Of a DNA stretch of 51,908 nucleotides, positions 24,423-36,235 are shown piece after piece. The DNA is taken from NCBI RefSeq assembly GCF_004010195.1, contig NC_057718.1, positions 30,572,045-30,623,952 on the forward strand, read 5' to 3'. How positions within the stretch are numbered: the stretch's first letter is position 1; each line of letters begins with the position of its first letter. Source of the stretch: Chiloscyllium plagiosum (Eukaryota). The notes below the pieces were generated by a model that searched no databases, was not told the DNA's origin, and saw only the letters and a list, made by a program, of their open reading frames with translations. Made by a program: the position numbers and the translations under genes.

Positions 24423-26737
24423 GTATGTGAAAATATTTCTCTACCAATTTGGTGGTTCTCCATTTATTTCATGTGAAATGATTGTAATTATACATCAACC
24501 AAGCTGGTTTAAGATAAATCATAACTTTCGCTTTTGGAATTTGCAGGATTGCCTGGAGATACCTGTTCTATTTATGTGCCGCCTCATAAGGGATATATGC
24601 CAAAGACTCTTGATTTTCACTTAAGACATTTGGCTTCACTTTGTTTGTTTCCATTATTTTGGAAAATATAATGAACCCACAACCGATGAACCTTCATTTT
24701 CTTCGAATAACCTCTCGAGGACAGAATTCACCTATTGTGTAACGTGTAAAAAGATTCAGTAAAATTACCCATCAAAATGTCTTCTAATCAAACCTTAACA
24801 TTCATTTTGTTTATTGCTTTATCATAATATTTTAATTAACATATTTACTTACTTTTAGCTTCATTGTTTTGGAAAGCAAATTTACATCAGATGATCTCGT
24901 GTTGTCAGCTTATCAGATCTGATCTTATACAGTTGAGATTGCACAAAGCTTCATACATTTTAAATGCAGTTGGGTTTTGACTTGACAGCTGAATAATCTC
25001 AAGTTAGACATTGTTGTCTCTTTCACATTTGAACCAATTCCAATTAGAAGGTAGCAGTTTAAATAATCAAATGAGAAGAGAGACTGTCAAACAATTATGG
25101 AAACACAGATCTTTTTGGCTTTTCTTAAAAATGAAGTAATGAAAGCTTAAGTGTTGGGGTAAGATAAAGGCATCAGTTTTTAAATTGTTCTAAGGAAGCA
25201 AATCAATGCCAGGTATTGACTTCATCATCAGGCAGCATGAACTTCAACATCAGGCAGCAGTTCAAAAAGAGAACTCACCAGTATCTTCTCAAGGGCAATG
25301 CCCATATCCTGTGATCGAATTAAAAAGTGTGGCTGTTATGATTTGGCACAATCCTTTTAACAGCCCAATACATTTCCCCACATTTGCAGCTATCTTTGCA
25401 TGAAACAAAATAATAAGGCTTTTTAAATGTCTTAGATATAGTTGACTTTAGTGGCTTTACTTGTTCCCTCTTTATTGGCTGTTTTAGTATTTTCTCATTA
25501 TCTGTACTCTGACTTTAAAAATTATTATGGCTGCTCCAAGGGCCCAGTTGATAAGTGCATATTCCACCTTCCAGTGCAGAACTGAATTATGCAGACTAGG
25601 AAAGTCTCACTTTTATCCCCATAAGATGCTACATTTGATGACTTCCACGGGCAATTAGTGCCTCTGGGCAAAAGAAGATAGCAAAATGGTGGAGCTTCCA
25701 TTACTGATTAGTGTCTAAAGACATCTGCTGGAGTGAATACAACTAGTAAGGACAAAAGCAGGATCAGTTGTGATGTCTTATAGGATAGAATAGCTTGGCA
25801 GCACTAAGGGTCAAGGATTAGACACACAATGGCAGCTTGGATGAGGTACTGAAGGCTGATTCAAATTTTGGAGCAATAACACACCATTAATGGATGTCTG
25901 TATGGGTGAAGAGGAGAAAACAAGAGAAGGGTACAGTTAGTTTTTTATATATCTGTTTTGGCAGTGATGTCTAATGATGTTATCCAAGACTTAAATTGAG
26001 ATTAGTTACTGAATTCAAAGATGCAATATATTTTAATTGGCATCAGGTATTTACTCTTACTACAGTGACTAAAGTTGCGTACTCCATTTCACTTGTACCA
26101 TTAGTATCCATTAGTCCTCTGGACCAGTTTTCCAGACAATGACCATTCAAAGCTGAGGAAAAAGTGTTAATGACATTAATGCAAATGAAAATATATTGGT
26201 TGTAATTTTTGAAACTTCTAAAGATGTGTTAAGGTTTCTCTTTAAATGCACTGAATCACTGAAGCTACTTGTCTTTGCTTTATTTTTATTACAGTAGTTA
26301 CTGAATTGAACAAATATTTGGCTGAAGGAAAGATTCAAACTCCTTCTGTCTCTCTTTTGTTTAGCTTTTCCTCACTGATTCACTGTGCCATCACAGGAGG
26401 CATAATCAAGACACAGAGCCTCTCTTGAAAAAAAAAGGAACCTTTTCAGATTTGCAGCACAGCAGTGTTAGTGTTGCAGTGAACACTAATGAGAACCCCC
26501 ACTGCTTAGCATGCCACACAATTATTTTTTATATAATTATTTTTAAAAAGCAAGCTACATGTGGTGATCCAGTGAAGCAGCAAGACTTCTGCCTTTCATA
26601 TCTTTGTAACTTCCTGCTTGTTGATGTGTTTCTGTAGATGTTGAATTTGCTGAAATGTATATGCCTTCAAAATCGTGTTGCCTAACTTTGGTTGGGTACT
26701 GTAATTTTCCTTTTCTCTAAATGTTATTTCTCTGCAG

Positions 26738-26792
26738 AGGCCTTGCAGTTTGTGAGCTGGGAGGTGGAATGACATGCTTGGCTGGGCTCATG
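26738..26792 (+). CDS. CAMKMT: CAMKMT internal coding exon, 55 bp, phase 2 to 0; SAM-binding motif I
   Basis: Acceptor ttatttctctgcag| and donor ATG|gtaggt. In frame with the previous exon: (R)GLAVCELGGGMTCLAGLM, which contains the class I methyltransferase glycine-rich motif (VCELGGG). Confidence 0.97.
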
Positions 26793-27922
26793 GTAGGTTT
26801 TCTTAATTCACTTCTATTGCCCACCATCCCTGCTCCAAACCCTCCCCCCACCCCTTCATTCAGGAGTGAATAAAGGAAGGAGGGAGAGGGGGAAAGAAGT
26901 GTTCAATCGCCTCTGACTGCTGGGTCACAAAGACTGTCATCTACATCAGTTGAGGTCACGCTGTACAGTATTGAGAGATCCTCTGAGTTGACTTGCTTTT
27001 GTATCATATTGATTTTGATGGTTGCTTTAGATGAGCAGAAGCATTTCATCTGAGTGCATTCAGTATCTCTTGTTGTGACATTGCAGGCCCCAAGAAGAGC
27101 TACTTCCATTGCCACAGTCAAAGCATTTCAGTTGACAGTCCATTTTCCCAAATACATGAAAAGCATCAGTAAAAAAAAATCACAGTTGGAGCACTATGAT
27201 ATAGTTGTAATGTTTAGCTGTATTATTATATCAACAAACATGATCCAGACTTCCAGCAATTAGATTCTTTTAACTTAGAATGACCATTCAGGAGCTGTCA
27301 CCTCTACATTCTTTAAACTCTGAGTCATGTGTTCAGCAGATATTATGTATCATTGCAGTGCAGCAGAGACAAGTTTTTATTTCTCTCCAAAATAGAAAGC
27401 ATATTGTTGCACTGATTGACATTTGACAAACCTGTCGTACTCTTATATAATGTGTCTAGGTTACTCACAAATGTATGAGCATGTCAGCTACACACGCACA
27501 CACACACAAAAAAAAAATTACCCTTACAAAGCCATCTGCTTCCAATGCAAAGTTATGTGAAGGGCATCAGGCGGGCAGACAGAGGCAAGCTGAAAGGCAG
27601 AGTGACAGCCTAGTATGATGGCTGTACTAGATAAACAGAAGGCTGCAAATGAAAGCCTCTCAGAATACCATCATCCACTGTCACAATCCAATTACTGAAC
27701 AGAATGATAGCAAGATAGAGGTTCCCGCAAATGGAATGATAAAAGTATTGACTGATTTGATTGAATGATTAAAATAATGCAGACATAAAATGAAAAAAGA
27801 TTGAAGATTGTTACTAAGAAATAGGTGAAGAAGCATGATACTGAAGGCTTGTCACTTCTGTCTTCACTTCCACACAAGACAAGCATATTTGCTCATCGTT
27901 CAATGCTATTTTCTTTTTGCAG

Positions 27923-27986
27923 GTTGCTATTTCTGCAGATGTCAAAGAACTTCTATTAACTGATGGGAATGAAAAAGCCATCAAAA
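27923..27986 (+). CDS. CAMKMT: CAMKMT internal coding exon, 64 bp, phase 0 to 1
   Basis: Acceptor ttttctttttgcag|. Translates [21 protein letters not shown] plus 1 nt (post-motif-I LLTDGN). Followed by GTATCCTTCC. Confidence 0.96.
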
Positions 27987-27996
27987 GTATCCTTCC
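27987..27996 (+). other. U12-type (minor spliceosome) GT-AG 5' splice site
   Basis: The intron begins GTATCCTTCC, matching the U12 consensus RTATCCTT, exactly where CAMKMT protein similarity ends. Confidence 0.9.
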
Positions 27997-29299
27997 TCAT
28001 ATAAACTCATCCCAAAGCTCAAAAGTTTATTTTTAAATTTTAACTCGTGTAATCACCAGAATTATACTGCATTTGTTTTCAATCAAATAATATCAACAGG
28101 AAAACCTGATAAATTTCTAGAAATAAGTCACAAAATTGAAAAGAAAATTCAAAAATATAGAAAATCTTGGAAATACGGTTGTTATACTCAAAAAGGTGTA
28201 TTTGGCTTTCCCATGCAGATGGCATTTAATCTGTTCTGGCCTTCCCATTATTTTTTGTTCCTTTTCCAGATATGAGGATTTCTTATTACTCCTCAAGTTA
28301 AAAGTAAACCAGAATTAATCTTGTATTCATTAAATCAAGTAATTGATGCTTTAGAAGATGAGTTAGACTGAAGCAGTTTACAAATAAGTAGTTGGCCAAA
28401 AAAAATTGTGTATTCGATTAATGCCTGCCCTCTATAAGCCTTACATTAATTCAGTATTATGTAGAAGGCTGTCATGGATTATTTACTTTCTGCAAACTTT
28501 CCCTGCCCTATGTCTCACTCCAAGATCTGCAATATTCAGACTGAATCCTCTACAGTTTGCCTCCCACAACTCCATTAGTAGCGATGTTTTCAACATGATT
28601 CTCTTCCTCCAGCCTTTCCTCCAAAATTCTTTGTCTTTACACTTCTTTGTATTCTTTTAGATATCTTCTCTAGTTGTTCCACTACTATTTGGCATCTGAT
28701 TTCACTCTGTAAAGATCTTTTTGGGCTTCTGTATTAAACATGTCTTAATGCAAGCTGCTTTATTGAATTATTATCCACTTGCTAGTTGCAAGATGGTGAT
28801 GCATGAATTGAGGCACTGCATGTAGTCATGGCCAGGAAGGGGTGCCCAACAAGACTTTTGAGACCCAAAATGTGGTTGGCAAAGATGTAGCTTATATAGA
28901 TACAGCACAACTATCTTGTACACAGCTTGTTCTCCAATATAGTCAAACTTGGAATTGGAGGAACTCAACCAAATGAGTAAGAACCATACAGATTTCTAGA
29001 TATAAATAAGAAAAGTATTTAGAGTGATCAAAGATTTGGATTCCAAGGAAAAGTGGAAAACATGGTTTACCTAATTATTTTAATGAATTAAAATGATTTT
29101 TTAAAACTTTAAATTATTAAGCATAGTTTAAAACAAGATACTTTCTTCAATGTGTGGAGCAAAGTTGAATTAAAATAAGAATAAGTCAACTCAGGAAAAT
29201 ACCAATCCCTTTGGAATTAAAGAAAAGAAAAGCTGAATTTATAAGGAGGTATTTGCTCCTTTGCCGATATCGTATTTTAGGCCCAACTTAAAGCCATTG

Positions 29300-29808
29300 T
29301 ATTTCAGATGGAAGAGGTTGTATCCCAGGACATTGTGGGAAGCTATTGAAGAAATTGAGGGCCCCCAGCAGAGATATTTGTTTCAAAGACAGTCATGGTT
29401 GAGGTGTCCGATGTTTGGAGGGTAGCTAATGTTGAACCATTACTTAAAAGAGGCTGCAAGGAAAAGCCACAGAACTATAGACCAGTGAGCTGGTCGTCAA
29501 TGGTGGGTAAGTTGTTGAAGGAGATTCTGAGAGGCAAGATCAATGTGCGTTTCGAAAGACAACGACTGATTAAGGCTAGTCAGCATGGCTTTGTGCTTGG
29601 GAAATCATGTCTCATAAACTTGATCAGGCTTTTTGAAAAGGTGGTCAAGAAGATAGAATAAGGCAGAGCAGCAGACATCGTCTACATGGACTTTAGCAAG
29701 GCCTTCAACAAAATTACACATTGTAGACTGGTTAGTAAGGTTAGATCACATGGGATCCAGGGAAAGCTTGCAAATTGGATATAAAATTGGCTTGACAGTG
29801 GCAGATAG
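29300..29808 (+). mobile_element. CR1 RT fragment
   Basis: WRVANVEPLLKRGCKEKPQNYRPVS..SQHGFVLGKSCLINLI. Confidence 0.9.
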
Positions 29809-30560
29809 AACTTTGTATCGTCTGCAAATTTTGAGATATTACATTTAGTTCCCTCATCTAAATCATTCATATATATTGCGAACAGCTGGGGTCCTAGTAC
29901 TCATCCCTGCAGAATCCCACTAGTCACTGCCTGCCATTCAGACAAAGACCCATTTATTCGTACTCTTATTTCATTGTCTGCTAACCAATTTTCTATCCAT
30001 CTCAATATATGAAACCCAATTCCATTTGTTGTATTAATCTTTTATGTGGGACTTTGGCGAAAGTTTCTACAAGTCCAAATAAACCATTTCCACTTGGCTC
30101 CCCCGATTAAATCGGCCAGTTATATCCTCGAATTCTGGCAGATTTGTCAAGCATGATTTCCCTATTGTAAATCCACGATGATTGTATCTGATCTATCACT
30201 GTTTTCTAAGTGCTGTACTATAAAATCCTTGATAATGGACTCCAGCATCTTCCCCACTACAAATGTCAGAGTCATTAGTCTTCATTCCCTATTTTGTCTC
30301 TATCTCCCTTTGTTAAATAATAGTATTATATTTGCTACTTTCTAATCTGTAGGAACTCTATTGCACAGTCCAAAGAATCTTTGAAGATGACCACCAATGC
30401 GTCCTCTATTTCTAGGGCCACTTCCTTAAATACTCTGGGACGTCAATTATCAGGCACTGGGAATTTATCAGCCTTCAATCCCATCAATTTCTTCAAAACC
30501 ATTTCTCTCCTAATACAGATTTGCTTCAGTTCCTCCTTTTTACTAAACTTTGTAATCCCC
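29809..30560 (-). mobile_element. CR1 RT fragment abutting the previous one in opposite orientation
   Basis: Minus ORF NDLDEGTKCNISKFADDTK; RT-like sequence continues to about 30550. Confidence 0.85.
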
Positions 30561-31569
30561 ATCATTTTAGTACAACATTCTTTTTGAAGTGTCTGCTTTA
30601 ATTACTCCATCTTTTCTTGATAACTGATTCTTGCTGCAAGAACATAACAGTCAGCCACGTTTAATAAGTACTCTCCATGACTTCTAATCAGTTGACAAAC
30701 GATGACAATTCAGATTGTACATTAGTCTCTGAGTCTTGGAACTCTGGGTCCAGAGTCATTGGAGAGAATTGAGAAGATGATCCAGGCCAATAACAATCAT
30801 TATTGTTTTCCCTTCTTCCCCCTCCATCTCTGACAGAACTTTCACCCACTGAGGCAATCCACATTTCACTTGTTTAGCAGCACACTTGTATCAAAACACT
30901 TATATACTTGCAAGTCATATTTGTTACAAAGATTGTGTTGGAATTTAGTTTGTGATTTATAAGGACTTCCATTCCTTCAATAATCACTGACCAACACGAT
31001 AAGAATATGCAGGGCAATTCCTACTTCCAAAGCAGCAGCAATAATTTAAAAAAAACATTTTTGGCCTAGACTATTAATTGGAGCTGGCAAACAGAAAAAC
31101 CAGCTACACGATGAATACGGTGTTTTCTCTACATTGTAGTCATTTTAGTAGCCATCATTACCAGCAGTGGGAAGATATGAATTGCAAGGTGCTTTCAACC
31201 TGATGATTTTTGAACATGTGAGATACACCTGGTAGCAGCACCTCACCCCCTGTACTGATCAGAGAGTGTATTATAATTCTGCCTTGCCAGGTTCAGACAA
31301 TCGCTGCAGGAATTTGACGAAGTGTTTGGTGTAGTATAAGAGAAGTACATACCCCAGACAACAAAGCTATCTGTTGTATTTAGCAACTATTGTCAATAAA
31401 TTAGGTGAATGTAGCTTGTAGTTAAAAGGAGTAGTTGATGTAAAGAATAGTAAAATATAGTAGATTAGGAGTGCGTCAAAAGGTACAAATGAAATGAAAT
31501 TTTAAAACAAAACCAAGAAAAACTTGTAAAAGTATGAAGGTTGCCAGTATTTCTTTTTACCAAGTGAAA

Positions 31570-34522
31570 TGGGCCCCTTGCTGAGATATTTGGATCATCG
31601 ATAGTCACAGGCAAGGTGCCAGAGACTGAAGGTTGGCGAACATGGTGCCACTATTTAAGAAAGTTGGTAAGGAAAAGCCAGGGAACTATAGACCAGTGAG
31701 CCTGACATCAGTGTAGGTAGGTTGTTGGAGGGAATCCTAAGGGATGGCATTTACATGTATTTGGATAGACAAGGACTGATTAGGATAGTCAACATGGCTC
31801 TGTGCGTGGGAAATCATGTCTCACTAACTTGATTGACTTTTTGAAGAAGTAGCGAAGACGATTGATGAGGGAAGAGCAGTGGAAATGACCTATGTGGACA
31901 TGGGAGACTGGTTAGCAAGGTTAGATCACATGGAATACAGGGAGAACTAGCCGTTTGGATACTGAACTGGCTCGAAGGTAGAAGATAGAGGGTGAGGGGT
32001 GGAGGGTTGCTTTTCAGACTGGAGGCCTGTGACCAGTGTTATGCCACAAAGATTGGTGCTGGGTCCACTGCTTTTTGTCATTTATATAAATAATTTGGAT
32101 GTGAACATAGAAGGAATATTTAACTAAGTTTTCAAATGGCACAAAAATCAGAGGTGTAATCGACAAGGAAGAGAAGTGATTGCTGGGCCTTTTGCTGAGA
32201 TATTTGTACCATCAATAGTCCCAGGTGAGGTGCCGGAAGACTGGAGGTTGGCTAACATGGCACCGCTGTTTATGAAGGGTGGTAAGGACAAGCTAGGGAA
32301 CTATAGACCAGTGAGCCTGACGTCGGTGGTGGGCAAGTTGTTGGAAGGAATCCTGAGGGACAGGATATACATGTATTTGGAATGACAAGGACTAATTAGG
32401 GATAGTCAACATGACTTTGTGCATGGGAAATCATATCTCACAAACTTGATTGAGTTTTTTGAAGAAGTAACAAAGAAGATTGATGAGGGCAGAGCAGTAG
32501 ATGTGATCTATATGGACTTCAGTAAGGCGTTCGACAAGGAAGCCCATGAGTTAGCAAGGTTAGATCTCACAGAATACAGGGAGAACTAGCCGTTTGGATA
32601 CAGAACTGGCTGAAAGATAGAAGACAGAAGGTGGTGATGGAGGGTTGTTTTCCAGACTGGAGGCCTGTGACCAGTGGAGTGCCACAAAGATCGGTGCTGT
32701 GTCCACTACTTTTTGTCATCTATATAAATGATTTGGATGTGAGCATAAGAGGTATAGTTAGTAAGTTTGCAGATGAGACCAAAATTGGAGGTGTAGTGGA
32801 CAGCGAAGAAGCTTACCTCTGATTACAATGGGATCTTATCAGATGGGCGAGTGGGTTGAGGAGTGGCAGATTGAGTTTAATTTAGAAAAATGCAAGCTGC
32901 TGCATTTTGGGAAAGCAAATCTTAGCAGGACTTATACACTTAATGATAAGGTCCTAGGGAATGTAGCGGAACAGAGACCTTGGAGTGCAGGTTCATAGCT
33001 CCTTGAAAGTAGAATTGCAGGTAGATAACATAGTGAAGAAGGCGTTCGGTAGGCTTTCCTTTATAGGTCAGCGTATTGAGTACAGGAATTGGGAGGTCAT
33101 GTTGCGACTGTACAGGACATTGGTTAAACCACTTTTGGAATGTTGCTTGCAATTCTGGTCTCCTTTCTGTCGGAAGGATGTTGTGAAACTTGAAATGGTT
33201 CAGAAAAGATTTACAAGGATGTTGCCAGGGTTGGAGGATTTGACCTAAAAGGAGAGGTTAAATAGGCTGGGGGAGTGGTGATCTCAAAGAGGTTTATAAA
33301 ATCATGAGGGGCATGAATAGAATAAATCAACAAAGTCTCTTCCCTGGGTTGGGGGAGTCCAGAACTAGAGGGCATAGGTTTAGTGTGAGAAGGGAAAGAT
33401 ATAAAAGAGACCTAAGGGGCAACTTTTTCATGCAGAGGATGGTACGTCTATGGAATGAGCTGCCAGAGGAAGTGGTGGAGGCTGGTACAATTGCAATACT
33501 TAAAAGGCATCTGAATGGGTACATGAATAGGAAGGGTTTGGAGGGATATTGGCCGGGTGCTGGCAGGTGGGACTAGATTGGGTTGAGATATCTGGTTGGC
33601 ACAGACAAATTGGACCAAAGGGCCTGTTTCCATCCTGTACATCTCTATGAACCTATGACTGTACGGTTTCCTCAAGAGTACAACAAAATCTTGATCAGTT
33701 GGGCCAATGGGCCAAGGAGTGGCAGACGGAGTTTGATTTAGATAAATGTGAGGTGCTGCATTATTGAAAGGCAAACTAGGGCAGGAATTATACACTTAAT
33801 GGTAAGGTCTTGGGGTGATTTGCTGAGCAAAGAGACCTTGGAGTGCATGTTCATAGTTCCTTGAAAGTGGACTCGCAGATGGATAGGATAGTGAAGAAGG
33901 CGTTTGGTATGCTTTCCTTTATTGGTCAGAGCATCGAGTACGGGAGTTGGGAGGTCATGTTGCAGGACATTGGTTAGGCCACTTTTGGAATTCTGTGCAA
34001 TTCTGATCTCCCAGCTGGAGGATTTTGTGAAACTTGATAGGGTTCAGTAAAGATTTACAAGGATGTTGCCAGGGTTGGAGAGTTTGAGCTTTAGGGAGAG
34101 GCTGAACAGGCTGGGGCTGTTTTCCTGGAGTGTCGGAGGCTGAGGAGTGACCTTATAGAGGTTTATAAAATCATGAGGGCCATGAATAACGTAAATAGAC
34201 AAAGTATTTTTCCTGGGGTGGGAAAGTCCAGAACTGGAGGGCCTTGGTTAAGGGTGAGAGGGGATATATTTAAAAGGGACCTAACGGGCAACGTCTCCAC
34301 ACAAAAGGTGGTGTGTGTATGGAATGAGCTGCCAAAGGAAGTGATGGAGGCTGGTACAATTACAACATTTAAACAGCATCTGGATGGTTTTTTGAATAGG
34401 AAGTGTTTAGGGAGATATAGGCCAAGTGCTGGTAAATCGGATTAGAATAATTTAGTATATCTGGTCAGCATGGTCGAGTTGGACCGAAGGGTCTGTTTTA
34501 TGCTGCACATCTCTATGACTCG
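31570..34522 (+). mobile_element. Host CR1 copy (about 31570-32172 and 33665-34522) split by a nested CR1
   Basis: First half ends at ..aaaatcagaggtgtaatcgacaaggaaga and resumes ggtttcctcaagagtacaacaaaatcttgatcagttggg through to the 3'UTR. Confidence 0.85.
32173..33662 (+). mobile_element. Nested CR1 copy (RT to 3' tail)
   Basis: IAGPFAEIFV..PEDWRLAN..; SKFADETKIGG; WNELPEEVVEAGT; tail ctctatgaacctatgact. Confidence 0.92.
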
Positions 34523-34789
34523 AAAGAGAGTGGCTGAGGTAAATATGGGTCCTTCTCTGCAGAAACAGGTGCTTCTGAAATCAACGATAAGGACTTTTTA
34601 AGTGATTTTTTTAAAAACATGCTGGAAATACAAGTCTGACAGCATCAATGAGAAATGGATTCGTTTCTCATGTCAGTCACCTATCACCAGAGCTGGAAAA
34701 GGTTAGAGTTGTAGCAGGTCTAGTAGAGAAGCAGGGATGATGGGTAGAGGATAGCATCCCATCATACAGCCTGTAGAATGTAAATGCAC

Positions 34790-35015
34790 TTAACAGCTTT
34801 GGAAATATAAAACCGGTCTCAGTAATATTCTATCTAGTTCACGAAAATCCTTCAGGAAAGAAAATTTGCCATCCCTATCTGGTCTGCCCTATGTCTGACT
34901 CCAGATCCAGTATCATGTGGTTGACTCTTAACTGCCCTCTTGAGATGACCTCGGGAGCTACTCTGTTCAAGGCCAATTGAGAAACTTGTTGCTCGATACT
35001 CCATGAAAGAATAAA
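34790..35015 (+). mobile_element. SINE/LINE-tail fragment within a degraded Penelope-like region
   Basis: ccttcaggaaagaaaatttgccatccctatctggtctgccctatgtctgactccagatcc..gtggttgactcttaactgccctct; related to about 2400-2530. Confidence 0.55.
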
Positions 35016-35524
35016 AGATCAAAGTGGATAAAACTGAGAGAGGGTGGATGCCAGGAGAGATTGAAGGACAAAACAAAGGATTGGATAAGGTAAAAGAACT
35101 GGTGACAAGATAAGATCTGTTTGGAGAAATTGTAAATGAACAAATGCAGAATCATTCCTAACAGCTGCCATCTCAAAGCAAAAACAAAAGAGGCAAAGAT
35201 TATGAGCAGATAATTAAAACAACAAGGAAACATTACACTTTCAAGTACAGTAAAAATATACTGGAAAGCAGTTCTACCAATCCACAGTATCTCCCACTGT
35301 GAGCAGTGAATACAATGTACTACATTGATCGAAGTTCAAGTAAATTACTGTTTCATCTGGAAGGCTTGGCGCCTTGGACAGTCAGAATACGAAAGTGGAG
35401 CATTTCCTGGGCTTTCTAGTTCGGTGATGTGGGAAGAGGAGGGACAGTATTTGGCATGGTAGAGGAATTGAGCAGGATGTATCAAAGGGGACAGTGATGC
35501 GGAAAGCTGAAAAGAGAATTCACA

Positions 35525-36235
35525 GGGTGGTGCAATAATGAAATGAGCTGCCACAGCAAGTGGTGGAGGTGGGTACTTTTGCAACGTTTAAAAGGCTTCT
35601 AGGTCGCAATATATAGGAAGGGTTTTAAGAGATATGGGCCAAATGCTGGTGCATGGGACTGCCTCCGATTGGGCTGTCCAATTGGCATGTATGAGTTGGA
35701 CTGAATGGTCTGTTTCTGTGCTCTGGTGTGCCACAAAGGTCTGTACTGGAGTTTCAACTTTATACAATTTATGTAAATGGTTAGGATGAAGGGACCAAAG
35801 ATATGGTTGCTAAATTTGTTATGAGGAAGATATAAGGATTTTTTGTGAAAGGGAAGTCTTGCTTAATACATTTATTTGAGTTCTTTGAAGAATGAACGTG
35901 TTTTGAATAAATCGGAACTGGTAGATGTAGTGTACTTTGATTTCCAAAAGGTGCCACATCAATGTTTATGGAAAAGATATGAGTGCATGGTGAAGGGATA
36001 GATAATTAAAGCAAGTGACAAAGATTTAACAAATGGAATAAGAGTGAATGAGTTGAGAATTTTTTTCTCACAGAAGATCGTATGACTTTGGAACTCTTCC
36101 TAAAAAGATGCTGGAAGCAGTCTGAATATTTTTAAGGTAGAAAGAGAGAGGTTTTTGGTAGCGGGGATGAGTGATTATCACGGTGAGTGAGAATGTGGAT
36201 TATGCCGGTCGGCCATGGATCTTCTTGAATCTGCT
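35525..36235 (+). mobile_element. Scrambled CR1 fragments
   Basis: aatgagctgccacagcaagtggtggagg..3'UTR, then ggtgtgccacaaagg..., gggaagtcttgctta..gatttccaaaagg. Confidence 0.7.
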
